A stretch of DNA of 64,000 nucleotides, taken from assembly GCA_041748615.1 (NCBI GenBank), contig JBGTCY010000177.1:2109-66108 (forward strand). Reading direction: 5' to 3'. Under the pieces are notes generated by a model. That model did no database searches. It was given only the letters and a program-made list of their open reading frames with translations, and was not told where the DNA came from. The stretch comes from Chitinophagales bacterium (lineage in GTDB: Bacteria > Bacteroidota > Bacteroidia > Chitinophagales > CAIOSU01). The position numbers and the translations under genes were made by a program. Below are positions 44,895-53,790 of this stretch, in pieces (the stretch's first letter is position 1; the number at the start of each line of letters is the position of its first letter).

Positions 44895-45009
44895 AACTGT
44901 AATTGTTTGGTAAAAATTCGGAGATTGAAATTACATAAAAAGCCTGTTACGGCATAGCAATCATCCGATTTGTGAATTTTAGAATCTGCAAACTATTGTC
45001 AAAGGAAGA

Positions 45010-48000
45010 TTACCTCACCAAATTCACATGCCCACTCTTTATCGTTCCCTCCGCGTCATTCAGCTTGAAGATATAATAATAGGTCGCTACGGGCAGATGT
45101 TCTCCTTTTTTGGAGCGTCCGTCCCAGGTGTTGTCATAGGGGCGCGCTTCATAAACCAAGCCGCCCCAGCGATTGAAGATTTGCACTTCATTGGCGGGAT
45201 AATTATGCAATCCATCAATCACCCACAAATCATTGACGCCATCTCCATTGGGTGAAAACACATCATAAATCGTCAACTCGTCACAATCAATCCCGGCAGT
45301 AGTGTCAACCGTCACCACCATGTTATCCGTTCCTGAACAACCATCCGGGTCGGAGACGGTTACTGAATAATTTCCATCTGAAATTGACACTAAAGCAGGC
45401 GTGGTTGCCGCGTTGCTCCACAAAAAACTGTAGGGCATTCTGCCGCCCGTGACCTCCAAAGTAATGGCGCCATTCGGAATGCCGGGGCAAGTAACAGGCT
45501 TGACTGTGGAGATGACGCGCAGTCCTTCAGCGGCTACCGGAATTTCCGCGGTTCTCATACAGCCTAAGTTATCACTAACAGTGATGTCGTAACTACCGGA
45601 TGAAAGATTTGCGAGAGATGTGGTTGTGTCATTTGTATTCCACAAAAAGGTATAGGGAGGAGTGGTGCCTGAAAGAATACTCACTTCAATCGCGCCATCT
45701 TCAACGCCTTCACAAGTAACAGCGGTCACTTCAATTTCAAGTTCATAAATGGAAAAAGCGGTCAGCAATACAAACGTATCACTCTCGCATCCGGCAGCAT
45801 CCGTCACGGTCACGTAGTATTCGCCCGGAGGCAGGTTAGTGATACTCAGTCCTGTGTCGGCATTGCTCCACAACGCTTCATAGGGCGGTATTCCCCCGAT
45901 GGGATTCAGTTTAATCGCACCATTGCTTTCATAATCACACAATAAATAAGTCGGGCTAATCACGAATGTCATCGAATCCGGCTGCCCGACCGTTGCAAAC
46001 TGAACGGCATTACATCCGCTGTTATCTGTCACAGTTAATGAATAATTGCCACCACCGATATTCGTGAGGTTCGAAGTCGTTGCTCCGTTGCTCCATTGAT
46101 ACTGATAAGGCGCAGAACCGCCAATAATGTTGGAAGTGATTGTTCCGTTATTCTCATTGCCGCAGGAAGCATCAGTAGCCTGCAAGGTGAGGAAAAATGC
46201 CGGTGAAGAAACATTAAACAAAGCGGTTTTTTCACAACTGTTAAAATCCGTCACTGTCACTTCATAAGCGCCCGCTTGAACATTACTGATATTTTGTGTA
46301 ATTGCACCCGTTGACCATCCATAAGTAAAAGGAGGCGTGCCGCCCGCTGCCGTGATTGTAATTGCCCCTCCGCTTGTGCATCCCGCATTGGTGACATTGC
46401 CGGTGATGGAAATTTCGGAAGGTTCCGCTACCGTTGCAGACAAAATCTGAACACATTCCGCGCTGTCTGTAACCGTTACCAAATAAGAACCACCGCTTAA
46501 TCCGGTTACGTTTTGAACGGAATCACCATTAGACCATTCGAAGGCAAAAGGAGATGTTCCTCCGGAAACGGAAAGCGAAATCATTCCGTCCTGACTGTTC
46601 CTGCAACGCACATCCGTAATGGAATCTATTGCCACATCAGGTCCATCTTCAGAACTCAGAATCACAGTCGCAATCACCGAACATGGATTTTCAATCGCGT
46701 TCAGCTCAATATCATCAATCAAAAAAGGCGGGTCGTTTCCGTTTAAATCATTGTTGCTTATCCAGCGAAAACCGAAACGGAAGTTGGGAATGTTTTCATA
46801 ATCGGGCGACAATGCGATGTTCGCCTGTGAACAAAAATTGACGCCTGAATATTCCGCAGGCAAATCATTCCATGTCGCGCCACCGTCAAAACTCAACGTC
46901 ACCAAACCATAATCAAATCCCGGGTCACCCGCTGAAATGAACCAGAAACTTAGCGTAATATTGGTTTTTCCAATCGTTGAAATCAAAGGCGAATAAGCGT
47001 ATTTGTCCGTAGTGTTGTCAATCAGAAACGGAGCGCCTTGTCCATAAGCGCAAGTAGGACCGGTGGCAATGCAGAAAAATGAAGCGGGATTACACGCCAC
47101 ATGCAAGTATTCATCGCCTGAACCGTTTGACGGGCAGGCGGGGCAGTCACTATTTCTGTTGTTATTGAGTACCCAGATATTCGCATCGCTGCCGTTAGGT
47201 CCTGAGCCATTCACATTCAAAGTCCAGCCGGAAGTATTTCCGGAAAAATCTTCACTCCAAAAAACTGCGGGCGTGGTGGATTGCTGTTCGGAAATCGTTA
47301 CGTTGTAAATACCCGCGCACAATCCCGAAATCGTTTGCACGGTGTCGCCCGTTGACCATAAAAAATTGTAAGGCGGATTTCCATCCAAACCTATCGCGAT
47401 AGCGATACCGTCACATGCGCCACAGGCAGGATTCACCACGGAATCCGAAGCAATGAGTCCGGGCGATTGTGTTACACTTAGCGAATTGGTAACAGAACAG
47501 TTATTGTTGTCCGTCACCGTCACGGAGTAGGTGCCTGATGCAAGACCGGAAACTGAAGGCGCAGTAGCTCCGTTTGACCAAACATAAGTGTAGGGTGTTG
47601 CGCCAGAAATCGGAGTGGCGATGATAGCAGTTCCGCAATCGGTAATTGCCTGTGTTAGTGAAACAGAAAACACCGGTGGTTCGGTGATGACCACAGAGCC
47701 GATGGCAATGGTACTGTTCGCATCGGTTACAGTGACGATGTAAGTACCCGCGCAGAGATTCGTGACGGAGGCGGTCGTTTGTCCGTTGTTCCACAGATAT
47801 GTGAAAGGCGCTGTTCCTCCGGTAGGATTCGCCTTGGCGCTTCCGTTACATCCGCCAAAACAACTGACATTTGTTTGTTCAATGTCCACCGGAAAAACCA
47901 CTACACACACCGGCTGCACGGGAGGACATGCCGATAGATTGGTTGACAGCGCGAAATTATTTCCACTCGCGAGCACTTCTCCGTTTGCAGTAACCGTGAC

Positions 48001-49782
48001 ATCATACACCGCTCCGGTTGTAGGCGCGGAAGTCACAAGATTGAGGTTCATGTCATATTTAATCACCTGCCCGATGGAGCCGACATACACGTTACCGCAA
48101 CTATCCACATCAATGCCACTGCACAACTCCGCCACGCCACCGGGAATAAAAACCGTGTTGATGATATTGCCCGCGTTAATGTCCCGCTGATGCAACACCT
48201 GCCCGTTGGTGGTATAAAGAAAATAAGGTGTGGCGCGAATACCGTTCGTGCCTTGCCCGGTGCCGCCTTGCCCGTAAGGAAGATAATAGGAAAAAAGATA
48301 ATCGCTGCCTCTGCGGTAGTTCAGCGACAAACTGCCGTCAAATGAACCGATGGTGTCTAATGTCATAAAATAATAATTGCCGTCAGGGGCGGCACACATC
48401 GAGCGGATTTCATTGAAAACGGGCAGCGGAATTTGCGCATCGGATGTTTGACTGGCAACCTGCAATGTGTTCATGATTGCGCCCGTGTTCATATTGATGG
48501 AAAATGCAGCGCCATAGCCCGCCAGCGGCAACGAAAAACTCTGCACGCGCGTTCCGCCTACAAAAAGCTGTGTATAATCGCAATTGAAATCAAGCGTCCA
48601 GTATTCATCGGAAAATCCTCCCGTGTTACTCCACACCAACACACCGCTTGTGTTGATTTTTGAAATCAACGCGCTGGAGCCGGAGGTGATAAACGAGTTG
48701 CCGTCCGGGTCAACCGCCAGCGCGCCAAACCAGTTGTTCGAAGCCGTCCAGCCCGGAGTGTAGGTCCAGAGCAGATTGCCGCCCGCATCCAATTTTTGCA
48801 GACGATAGGGCGCATCGCCACCGTAGAGATAAACATTGGAGTTCGCATCGCGCTTGATGTAATAAACTTTGTTGGCGCTGGGCATAGCCGGAGTAATTAC
48901 CCACGGGTCAATGATGAAAGTTTTTTTGACGGAATATTTTTCCGTCACGAATGAAACTTCATCACCCGTTATTTGATAACTGACCGCTATTTTCTTTTTT
49001 TCCTTTCCGTCATAAAAAGCGACCGGAGCGTGGTCGGTGATGTTGCCGAAAGCCGTTTTGATTTGCAGGTTTCCTTTTTCGTCAAGCTGTAAAAAATCTT
49101 TTTCGGATTCGTTTGAGTTTTGGTTGTTTTTTGCATACCGCATTTTCACCTTTGATAAATCCGCGCCCGGATGCGCGATAATATTATACTTGATGCCGCC
49201 ATCGGGATGCGTGATGTATTCCACATCAATCTTCGGATAGAGATTTTTGTAAGTGATTTTTTCAAAAGAGCGGGCGTTTGATATCATTTTCATAGCTCCG
49301 TCAATTTCAAGCCGGTAGTTATGATAAGGTTGCAAAAGTTGCGTGGCAATTACTTCAGCGGCAGAATTCGCGCCCACCCATTCCGCGTGAATAATTTCCG
49401 TAACGATGTCGAATTTCTGCATTCTTTTATTGGTATGTTTCTCCGCGTAATACGTGCCTTCCATTTTTTTCTGAAACTTCCAGCTATCAAATTTCGGGTT
49501 CAACTGCTTGTTGTCCATCCTGACAGAATAGCCGCTTTTGGTAAAAAAGAATTTTACCGGACCTTCGTCCACAGCATACAATATCGCTGCATCGGGTTGT
49601 CCGTTTCTGCCGTCAAACTGCGAGAGGTTTTCTATGAAATGCGACTGCGGCAACACGCTTACCTTCCAGGTTTCTCCGTTGTTTGCGGGGCTTACTGTTG
49701 CATTGTTTAAATTACCCGCAGGACGCTGTGCCTGCAAAACAAAAAGTAATAGAATTGCGAAGGGAAAAAGAAACTTTTTCAT
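45010..49782 (-). CDS. Giant T9SS cargo / adhesin, a tandem paralogue of 40683-44894 with an extra ~195-aa domain
   Basis: It has the same architecture and a near-identical C-terminus (YDVFSPNGDGVNDLWVIDG...IFNRWGGLVYE). An inserted segment at residues ~836-1030 (nt 46693-47277) interrupts the SprB-repeat array. Confidence 0.88.
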   Translation of the reverse strand: MKKFLFPFAILLLFVLQAQRPAGNLNNATVSPANNGETWKVSVLPQSHFIENLSQFDGRNGQPDAAILYAVDEGPVKFFFTKSGYSVRMDNKQLNPKFDSWKFQKKMEGTYYAEKHTNKRMQKFDIVTEIIHAEWVGANSAAEVIATQLLQPYHNYRLEIDGAMKMISNARSFEKITYKNLYPKIDVEYITHPDGGIKYNIIAHPGADLSKVKMRYAKNNQNSNESEKDFLQLDEKGNLQIKTAFGNITDHAPVAFYDGKEKKKIAVSYQITGDEVSFVTEKYSVKKTFIIDPWVITPAMPSANKVYYIKRDANSNVYLYGGDAPYRLQKLDAGGNLLWTYTPGWTASNNWFGALAVDPDGNSFITSGSSALISKINTSGVLVWSNTGGFSDEYWTLDFNCDYTQLFVGGTRVQSFSLPLAGYGAAFSINMNTGAIMNTLQVASQTSDAQIPLPVFNEIRSMCAAPDGNYYFMTLDTIGSFDGSLSLNYRRGSDYLFSYYLPYGQGGTGQGTNGIRATPYFLYTTNGQVLHQRDINAGNIINTVFIPGGVAELCSGIDVDSCGNVYVGSIGQVIKYDMNLNLVTSAPTTGAVYDVTVTANGEVLASGNNFALSTNLSACPPVQPVCVVVFPVDIEQTNVSCFGGCNGSAKANPTGGTAPFTYLWNNGQTTASVTNLCAGTYIVTVTDANSTIAIGSVVITEPPVFSVSLTQAITDCGTAIIATPISGATPYTYVWSNGATAPSVSGLASGTYSVTVTDNNNCSVTNSLSVTQSPGLIASDSVVNPACGACDGIAIAIGLDGNPPYNFLWSTGDTVQTISGLCAGIYNVTISEQQSTTPAVFWSEDFSGNTSGWTLNVNGSGPNGSDANIWVLNNNRNSDCPACPSNGSGDEYLHVACNPASFFCIATGPTCAYGQGAPFLIDNTTDKYAYSPLISTIGKTNITLSFWFISAGDPGFDYGLVTLSFDGGATWNDLPAEYSGVNFCSQANIALSPDYENIPNFRFGFRWISNNDLNGNDPPFLIDDIELNAIENPCSVIATVILSSEDGPDVAIDSITDVRCRNSQDGMISLSVSGGTSPFAFEWSNGDSVQNVTGLSGGSYLVTVTDSAECVQILSATVAEPSEISITGNVTNAGCTSGGAITITAAGGTPPFTYGWSTGAITQNISNVQAGAYEVTVTDFNSCEKTALFNVSSPAFFLTLQATDASCGNENNGTITSNIIGGSAPYQYQWSNGATTSNLTNIGGGNYSLTVTDNSGCNAVQFATVGQPDSMTFVISPTYLLCDYESNGAIKLNPIGGIPPYEALWSNADTGLSITNLPPGEYYVTVTDAAGCESDTFVLLTAFSIYELEIEVTAVTCEGVEDGAIEVSILSGTTPPYTFLWNTNDTTTSLANLSSGSYDITVSDNLGCMRTAEIPVAAEGLRVISTVKPVTCPGIPNGAITLEVTGGRMPYSFLWSNAATTPALVSISDGNYSVTVSDPDGCSGTDNMVVTVDTTAGIDCDELTIYDVFSPNGDGVNDLWVIDGLHNYPANEVQIFNRWGGLVYEARPYDNTWDGRSKKGEHLPVATYYYIFKLNDAEGTIKSGHVNLVR

Positions 49783-49954
49783 GAAGATTTTTTTATTTAA
49801 AATATTTTAAGCCTGAATATTTTTCGGTTCCGGATTCAGGCTACTGAAAATCAGAGCATGAAAATACATAAATTCAGAGGTATCTGAAGTAAATAATTGA
49901 TTAAATCCGGCATTGCATTAACCTTAATAACTTTACCCTCAACAAAATTCAAAA

Positions 49955-51001
49955 ATGACATCAAAGCGGGGTTCAAAAAAACCGGAGGAAAATATAACGC
50001 AGGACCTCACCGCTCCTGCGCGGAAACAAGACCACATTGAGCTGGCTTTTCAGTCGCAAACAGGATTAAAACCGGATGAGCGGTTTTATTACGAACCTTT
50101 GTTATCAGCTCACCCTAAACCGTTGAAACCGTTTCGCTTCCTCGGCAAAATCATGCAAGCACCGCTTTGGATTTCGAGCATGACGGGAGGCACCGAATTA
50201 GCTTTCACCATCAATCACAACCTCGCGAAGGCGTGCAAAGAATTCGGCTTGGGGATGGGATTGGGTTCGTGCCGTAGCCTGCTGTATCATCATGATTATT
50301 TCAAGGATTTTAATCTGCGTCCGGTCATCGGGGATGCTTGTCCTTTTTATGCCAACCTCGGCATCGCGCAGGTGGAAGAATCGTTAGCGGAAGGCAGGCT
50401 CTTTCAAATCACTGAAATGCTGAAAAAGTTAGAGGCGGATGGTTTGATTGTTCACGTTAACCCGCTCCAGGAATGGCTGCAACCGGAAGGGGACAAGATT
50501 TCACAGCCGCCTATTGACACCATTAAAAGATTGTTAGATAAGGTGAAATTCAAAATCATCGTGAAGGAAGTGGGTCAGGGCATGGGTCCGGAAAGTCTGA
50601 AAGCCTTACTGAAGTTGCCGTTGGCAGCTGTAGATTTTGCCGCGCATGGAGGAACGAATTTTTCAAAAGTGGAACTACTGCGCAGCAAATCCGAACAACA
50701 GGCGCTGTTTGAAAATGTGGCGTACATGGGTCACCGCGCGGAGGAGATGGCGCATTTCACTAATCAAATTTTAAAATCGCAGTCAAAAAACATTCGGTGT
50801 AAAGAGGTGATAATTTCCGGTGGGGTAAAATCATTTTTAGACGGATTTTACCTGATTAAAAAATTGAATTGCCGCAGTGTGTATGGACAAGGCTCCGCAT
50901 TTTTAGAACACGCGCGGGGTGATTATGAAAAACTGCAAGATTACGTTGCCGGTCAAATCAAAGGACTGGAACTGGCGGAGGCGTATTTGACGATTCGATG
51001 A
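49955..51001 (+). CDS. fni: Type 2 isopentenyl-diphosphate delta-isomerase (FMN-dependent)
   Basis: 348 aa with ISSMTGG, the GxGxGS region and FAAHGGTNF motifs of IDI-2. Confidence 0.88.
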   Translation: MTSKRGSKKPEENITQDLTAPARKQDHIELAFQSQTGLKPDERFYYEPLLSAHPKPLKPFRFLGKIMQAPLWISSMTGGTELAFTINHNLAKACKEFGLGMGLGSCRSLLYHHDYFKDFNLRPVIGDACPFYANLGIAQVEESLAEGRLFQITEMLKKLEADGLIVHVNPLQEWLQPEGDKISQPPIDTIKRLLDKVKFKIIVKEVGQGMGPESLKALLKLPLAAVDFAAHGGTNFSKVELLRSKSEQQALFENVAYMGHRAEEMAHFTNQILKSQSKNIRCKEVIISGGVKSFLDGFYLIKKLNCRSVYGQGSAFLEHARGDYEKLQDYVAGQIKGLELAEAYLTIR

Positions 51002-51072
51002 TGGGTTGATGTGTTGATTCGGTGATTTGACGATGAGGTGATTTGATGATTTGGAGATGTGACGATGGATTG
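50986..51072. repeat. Degenerate tandem TGATTTGA(C/T)GA-type micro-repeat tract
   Basis: The sequence is ATTTGACGATTCGATGATGGGTTGATGTGTTGATTCGGTGATTTGACGATGAGGTGATTTGATGATTTGGAGATGTGACGATGG. It is read directly from the sequence and spans the fni stop. Confidence 0.6.
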
Positions 51073-51092
51073 AAAAAATGAATTTATAAATA

Positions 51093-51521
51093 ATGAATTT
51101 AGATTTTCCACTGTTATTTAAAATTGTCAACCTCGCGGTGCTGCCCGCCTGGGCTTTGCTGATTTTTGCTCCAAAAAGCAAAGCCGCGCAGTATGTGGTT
51201 TATTCATACGCATATCCCTATTTTCTTGGATTGTTCTATGCTTTTTTGCTCTTCACGAATTTCAATATCCTGCAAAGCGGGATGGGATCTTTAGAATCAA
51301 TCCGCAGCGCGTTTGAATCTGACGGGGTGTTGCTTGCGGGTTGGATTCATTATCTCATTTTCGATTTGTTTGTCGGCATGTGGCAGGTCGAAGACGCGCG
51401 GAAAAATAATATCCGTCACTTTAAAATTATCGCGCCATTGGTGTTCACGCTTTTCTTAGGACCGTTGGGATTATTGTGGTATCTGATTTTGCGACAAGTG
51501 GAAAGGAGTAAAAAGATGTGA
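51093..51521 (+). CDS. ABA4-like (DUF4281) membrane protein
   Basis: 142 aa with 4 TM helices. The N-terminus LFKIVNLAVLPAWALLIFAPKS is typical of the family, as recalled from memory. Confidence 0.65.
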   Translation: MNLDFPLLFKIVNLAVLPAWALLIFAPKSKAAQYVVYSYAYPYFLGLFYAFLLFTNFNILQSGMGSLESIRSAFESDGVLLAGWIHYLIFDLFVGMWQVEDARKNNIRHFKIIAPLVFTLFLGPLGLLWYLILRQVERSKKM

Positions 51522-51578
51522 TATATTATCAGATATTAGACTTTAGAGATTAGGTGTATTGGGGTTTTTGAATTGTGC

Positions 51579-52385
51579 CTAATTGATTGCATCTCTTATT
51601 TTTTTACAAACCTCCATTATCTTTTTTAGCTCGCTTAACTTCACCATGCTGTCTCCATCGCTTAACGCCTGAGCGGGATTAGGATGTGTTTCAATGAACA
51701 AACCATCCGCGCCCACCGCTACAGCGGCTCTTGCGATTGTTTCCACCAAAGCGGGATTGCCTCCGCTGATGCCGGTGGACTGATTGGGTTGTTGCAAAGC
51801 GTGTGTACAATCTACAATCACCGGAACACCGAGTTCTTTCATCCTTGGAACGGAGCGAAAGTCAACCACCAAATCCTGATAGCCGAAAGTTGTTCCCCGC
51901 TCTGTGAGCATCACTTGATTGTTTCCGGTTGAGCGTACTTTCTCAACCGCGAATGACATACTTTCGGGAGAAGCGAACTGACCTTTTTTGATATTCACCC
52001 ATTTTCCGGAGTTGCCTGCCGCCAGCAATAATTCAGTTTGACGACAAAGGAAAGCGGGTATTTGTAAATAATCCGCAAAGTCTTTCACCTTGTCCACATC
52101 AGCCGGTTCGTGAATATCGGTGAGAATCGGTAGTTTGAATTCTTTTTTTACTGCTCTTAAAATATTAAAAGCTTCGTTTTCTTCCAATCCGGTGAAAGAA
52201 GTGATTTTGGTGCGGTTTGCTTTTTTAAAAGAACTTTTGAAAATAAAATGAAAGCTGAAATCCTCACAAATTTTTTTTATAGTTTCGGCAACTTCAAAAC
52301 ATACCGCTTTGTTTTCAACCACGCAGGGTCCCCCGATGAGTATCAGTTCATGCATTGTTGCGGATTTTATCGCCAAGGTATCCAC
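51579..52385 (-). CDS. kdsA: 3-deoxy-8-phosphooctulonate (KDO8P) synthase
   Basis: 268 aa with LIGGPCVVE, FKSSFKKANR and VIVDCTHALQ motifs. The alternative ATG at 52355 shortens the overlap with the upstream gene. Confidence 0.9.
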   Translation of the reverse strand: MDTLAIKSATMHELILIGGPCVVENKAVCFEVAETIKKICEDFSFHFIFKSSFKKANRTKITSFTGLEENEAFNILRAVKKEFKLPILTDIHEPADVDKVKDFADYLQIPAFLCRQTELLLAAGNSGKWVNIKKGQFASPESMSFAVEKVRSTGNNQVMLTERGTTFGYQDLVVDFRSVPRMKELGVPVIVDCTHALQQPNQSTGISGGNPALVETIARAAVAVGADGLFIETHPNPAQALSDGDSMVKLSELKKIMEVCKKIRDAIN

Positions 52386-52962
52386 CGTGATGACGTTTTG
52401 AAAATTCCTCGCGGGTAAAATTTATTTCTTCCATCACCAGCACACACAACACATCACCCAAAGCAAGCATGGCGGTGGTGGAGGTGGTGGGCGCCATTCC
52501 CAGCGAACAGGCTTCCTGAATATTACCGATACTTAAAACCACTTCCGACATTTTTGCCAATTCAGAATCAAGTTGCGAAGTAATTGTGATAACCGGAAAG
52601 TTTTTTCCATTCAGCCGGTTGGCAAGCGTCACCATTTCAATCACTTCTCTTGTTTTCCCGGAATTTGAAAATACCATGAGTAAATCTTCTTTTCCCAACA
52701 TCCCCAGGTCGCCATGCTGCGCTTCGCCCGGATGTAAATAAACGGAGGGTGTGCCGGTGGATGAAAAAGTACTGGATATTTTCTTGGCGATGATGCCTGC
52801 TTTCCCGATGCCGCTCGTCACAACTTTTCCTTTGCAGGCAATTAACATTTCCACCGCTTTGAGCAGGTTTTCATTCAGCGGAATATTTTTCACCGCGTTG
52901 CTCTCCATTTCAAGGATGGCTTTCGCGCGTGTCAGCCTTCTATCCATGTGCCTTTTTCCCAA
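52348..52962 (-). CDS. SIS-domain-only arabinose-5-phosphate isomerase (KdsD/KpsF-like, lacking the CBS pair)
   Basis: It has VVTSGIGKAGIIAKKISSTFSSTGTPSVYLHPGEAQHGDLGM. The protein ends about 20 aa after the SIS domain, where KpsF would continue into CBS domains. Confidence 0.8.
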   Translation of the reverse strand: MGKRHMDRRLTRAKAILEMESNAVKNIPLNENLLKAVEMLIACKGKVVTSGIGKAGIIAKKISSTFSSTGTPSVYLHPGEAQHGDLGMLGKEDLLMVFSNSGKTREVIEMVTLANRLNGKNFPVITITSQLDSELAKMSEVVLSIGNIQEACSLGMAPTTSTTAMLALGDVLCVLVMEEINFTREEFSKRHHGGYLGDKIRNNA

Positions 52963-53252
52963 TCACGGGCGTTTATGACTTTATCGTCAATGAAAACATC
53001 AAAAGCGGGTTTGTCCAAGCGTAATTCATGATACAACACTCCCCATTCCTTAAACTGTTTTTCTGTGAGTTCGCGCCAGTTAATCCCGCTTTTCATCCCG
53101 CGCGCGGTCCAGTAAACAAGATGATGACCTTCTTTATAGAGTTGATTGAACCTTTCAATGTTCTTCATCATCGGTTGCGCGTTCGGATAATCTGTACCCT
53201 GTGTGTGACAAATGGTGTTATCCACGTCTATATATATCTCCATCGGATTCAA
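52932..53252 (-). CDS. Minimal HAD-superfamily phosphatase (putative)
   Basis: 106 aa with motif I DVDNT, motif II WTAR, a Lys in LDKP, and motif IV FIDDK. It is co-directional with and overlaps the SIS gene. Confidence 0.6.
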   Translation of the reverse strand: MNPMEIYIDVDNTICHTQGTDYPNAQPMMKNIERFNQLYKEGHHLVYWTARGMKSGINWRELTEKQFKEWGVLYHELRLDKPAFDVFIDDKVINARDWEKGTWIEG

Positions 53253-53330
53253 AGCTATTGAAATTTTTTTTCCTGATTGACGGTCAATAGATTGTTTAAT
53301 TTTGTTTGAGTTTATTTAAATATTATAACC

Positions 53331-53507
53331 ATGAGTATTGCAATCATTAAAATAGATAAGAGTAAAGTAGGCGCTTTGAAGCAAATCGTAAAAGCGCTTG
53401 AGGCAAAAATCCGTGTTGTTAAAGAAAAGGATTACGAAGAAGAAATTATGAATAAGCTGATTGAAGCGGGGATAGAAAGTGAAATAATTTATGAAAAAAT
53501 ATTTTAA
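53331..53507 (+). CDS. Small putative antitoxin (58 aa, below the ORF-track cutoff)
   Basis: The ATG at 53331 gives MSIAIIKIDKSKVGALKQIVKALEAKIRVVKEKDYEEEIMNKLIEAGIESEIIYEKIF with the stop at 53505-53507. It lies directly upstream of a RelE-like toxin remnant. Confidence 0.55.
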   Translation: MSIAIIKIDKSKVGALKQIVKALEAKIRVVKEKDYEEEIMNKLIEAGIESEIIYEKIF

Positions 53508-53520
53508 AAGATTTAAGAAA

Positions 53521-53788
53521 ATCATGAATCTTGTTTTCAGAGGTACTTTCAGGCGTGATTTTCAAAATATAAACAACCATGATTTAAACAAGCAACTATT
53601 AAAAGTTATTCTTGAAATAAAAAAGGCATCCTCGCAGTTGCAAATTAAAAATCTCAAGAAAATTCAAAACAAAATACAAGATTGAAATAAAAGTAAGAGA
53701 AAATAGAATCTATTGGGTTCTATGTACAATTCAGGATGATACAATTCAATTTATTAGAGTTAAACCAGAGTCCTTTTTTAAAAAATAA
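53521..53788 (+). pseudogene. RelE/ParE-family toxin interrupted by a 1-nt frameshift
   Basis: Frame 1 reads MNLVFRGTFRRDFQNINNHDLNKQLLKVILEIKKASSQLQIKNLKK and stops at 53683-53685. The next frame, open from 53621, continues (K)YKIEIKVRENRIYWVLCTIQDDTIQFIRVKPESFFKK to the stop at 53786-53788. Two A4 runs (53659-53662 and 53671-53674) lie in the overlap. Confidence 0.65.
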
Positions 53789-53790
53789 TT

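Noticed and set aside
50986-51072. Tandem degenerate repeats that might have been a small CRISPR-like or VNTR array
   Set aside because: The units are about 11 nt, irregular, and have no spacers. No cas genes are nearby. It belongs to the generic GATTTGATGA-type micro-repeats and also accounts for the spurious ORF 50903..51181.
53316-53525. 69-aa minus-strand ORF
   Set aside because: It is a shadow of the + strand 58-aa antitoxin-like ORF. Its translation is F/N/Y-rich low-complexity sequence.
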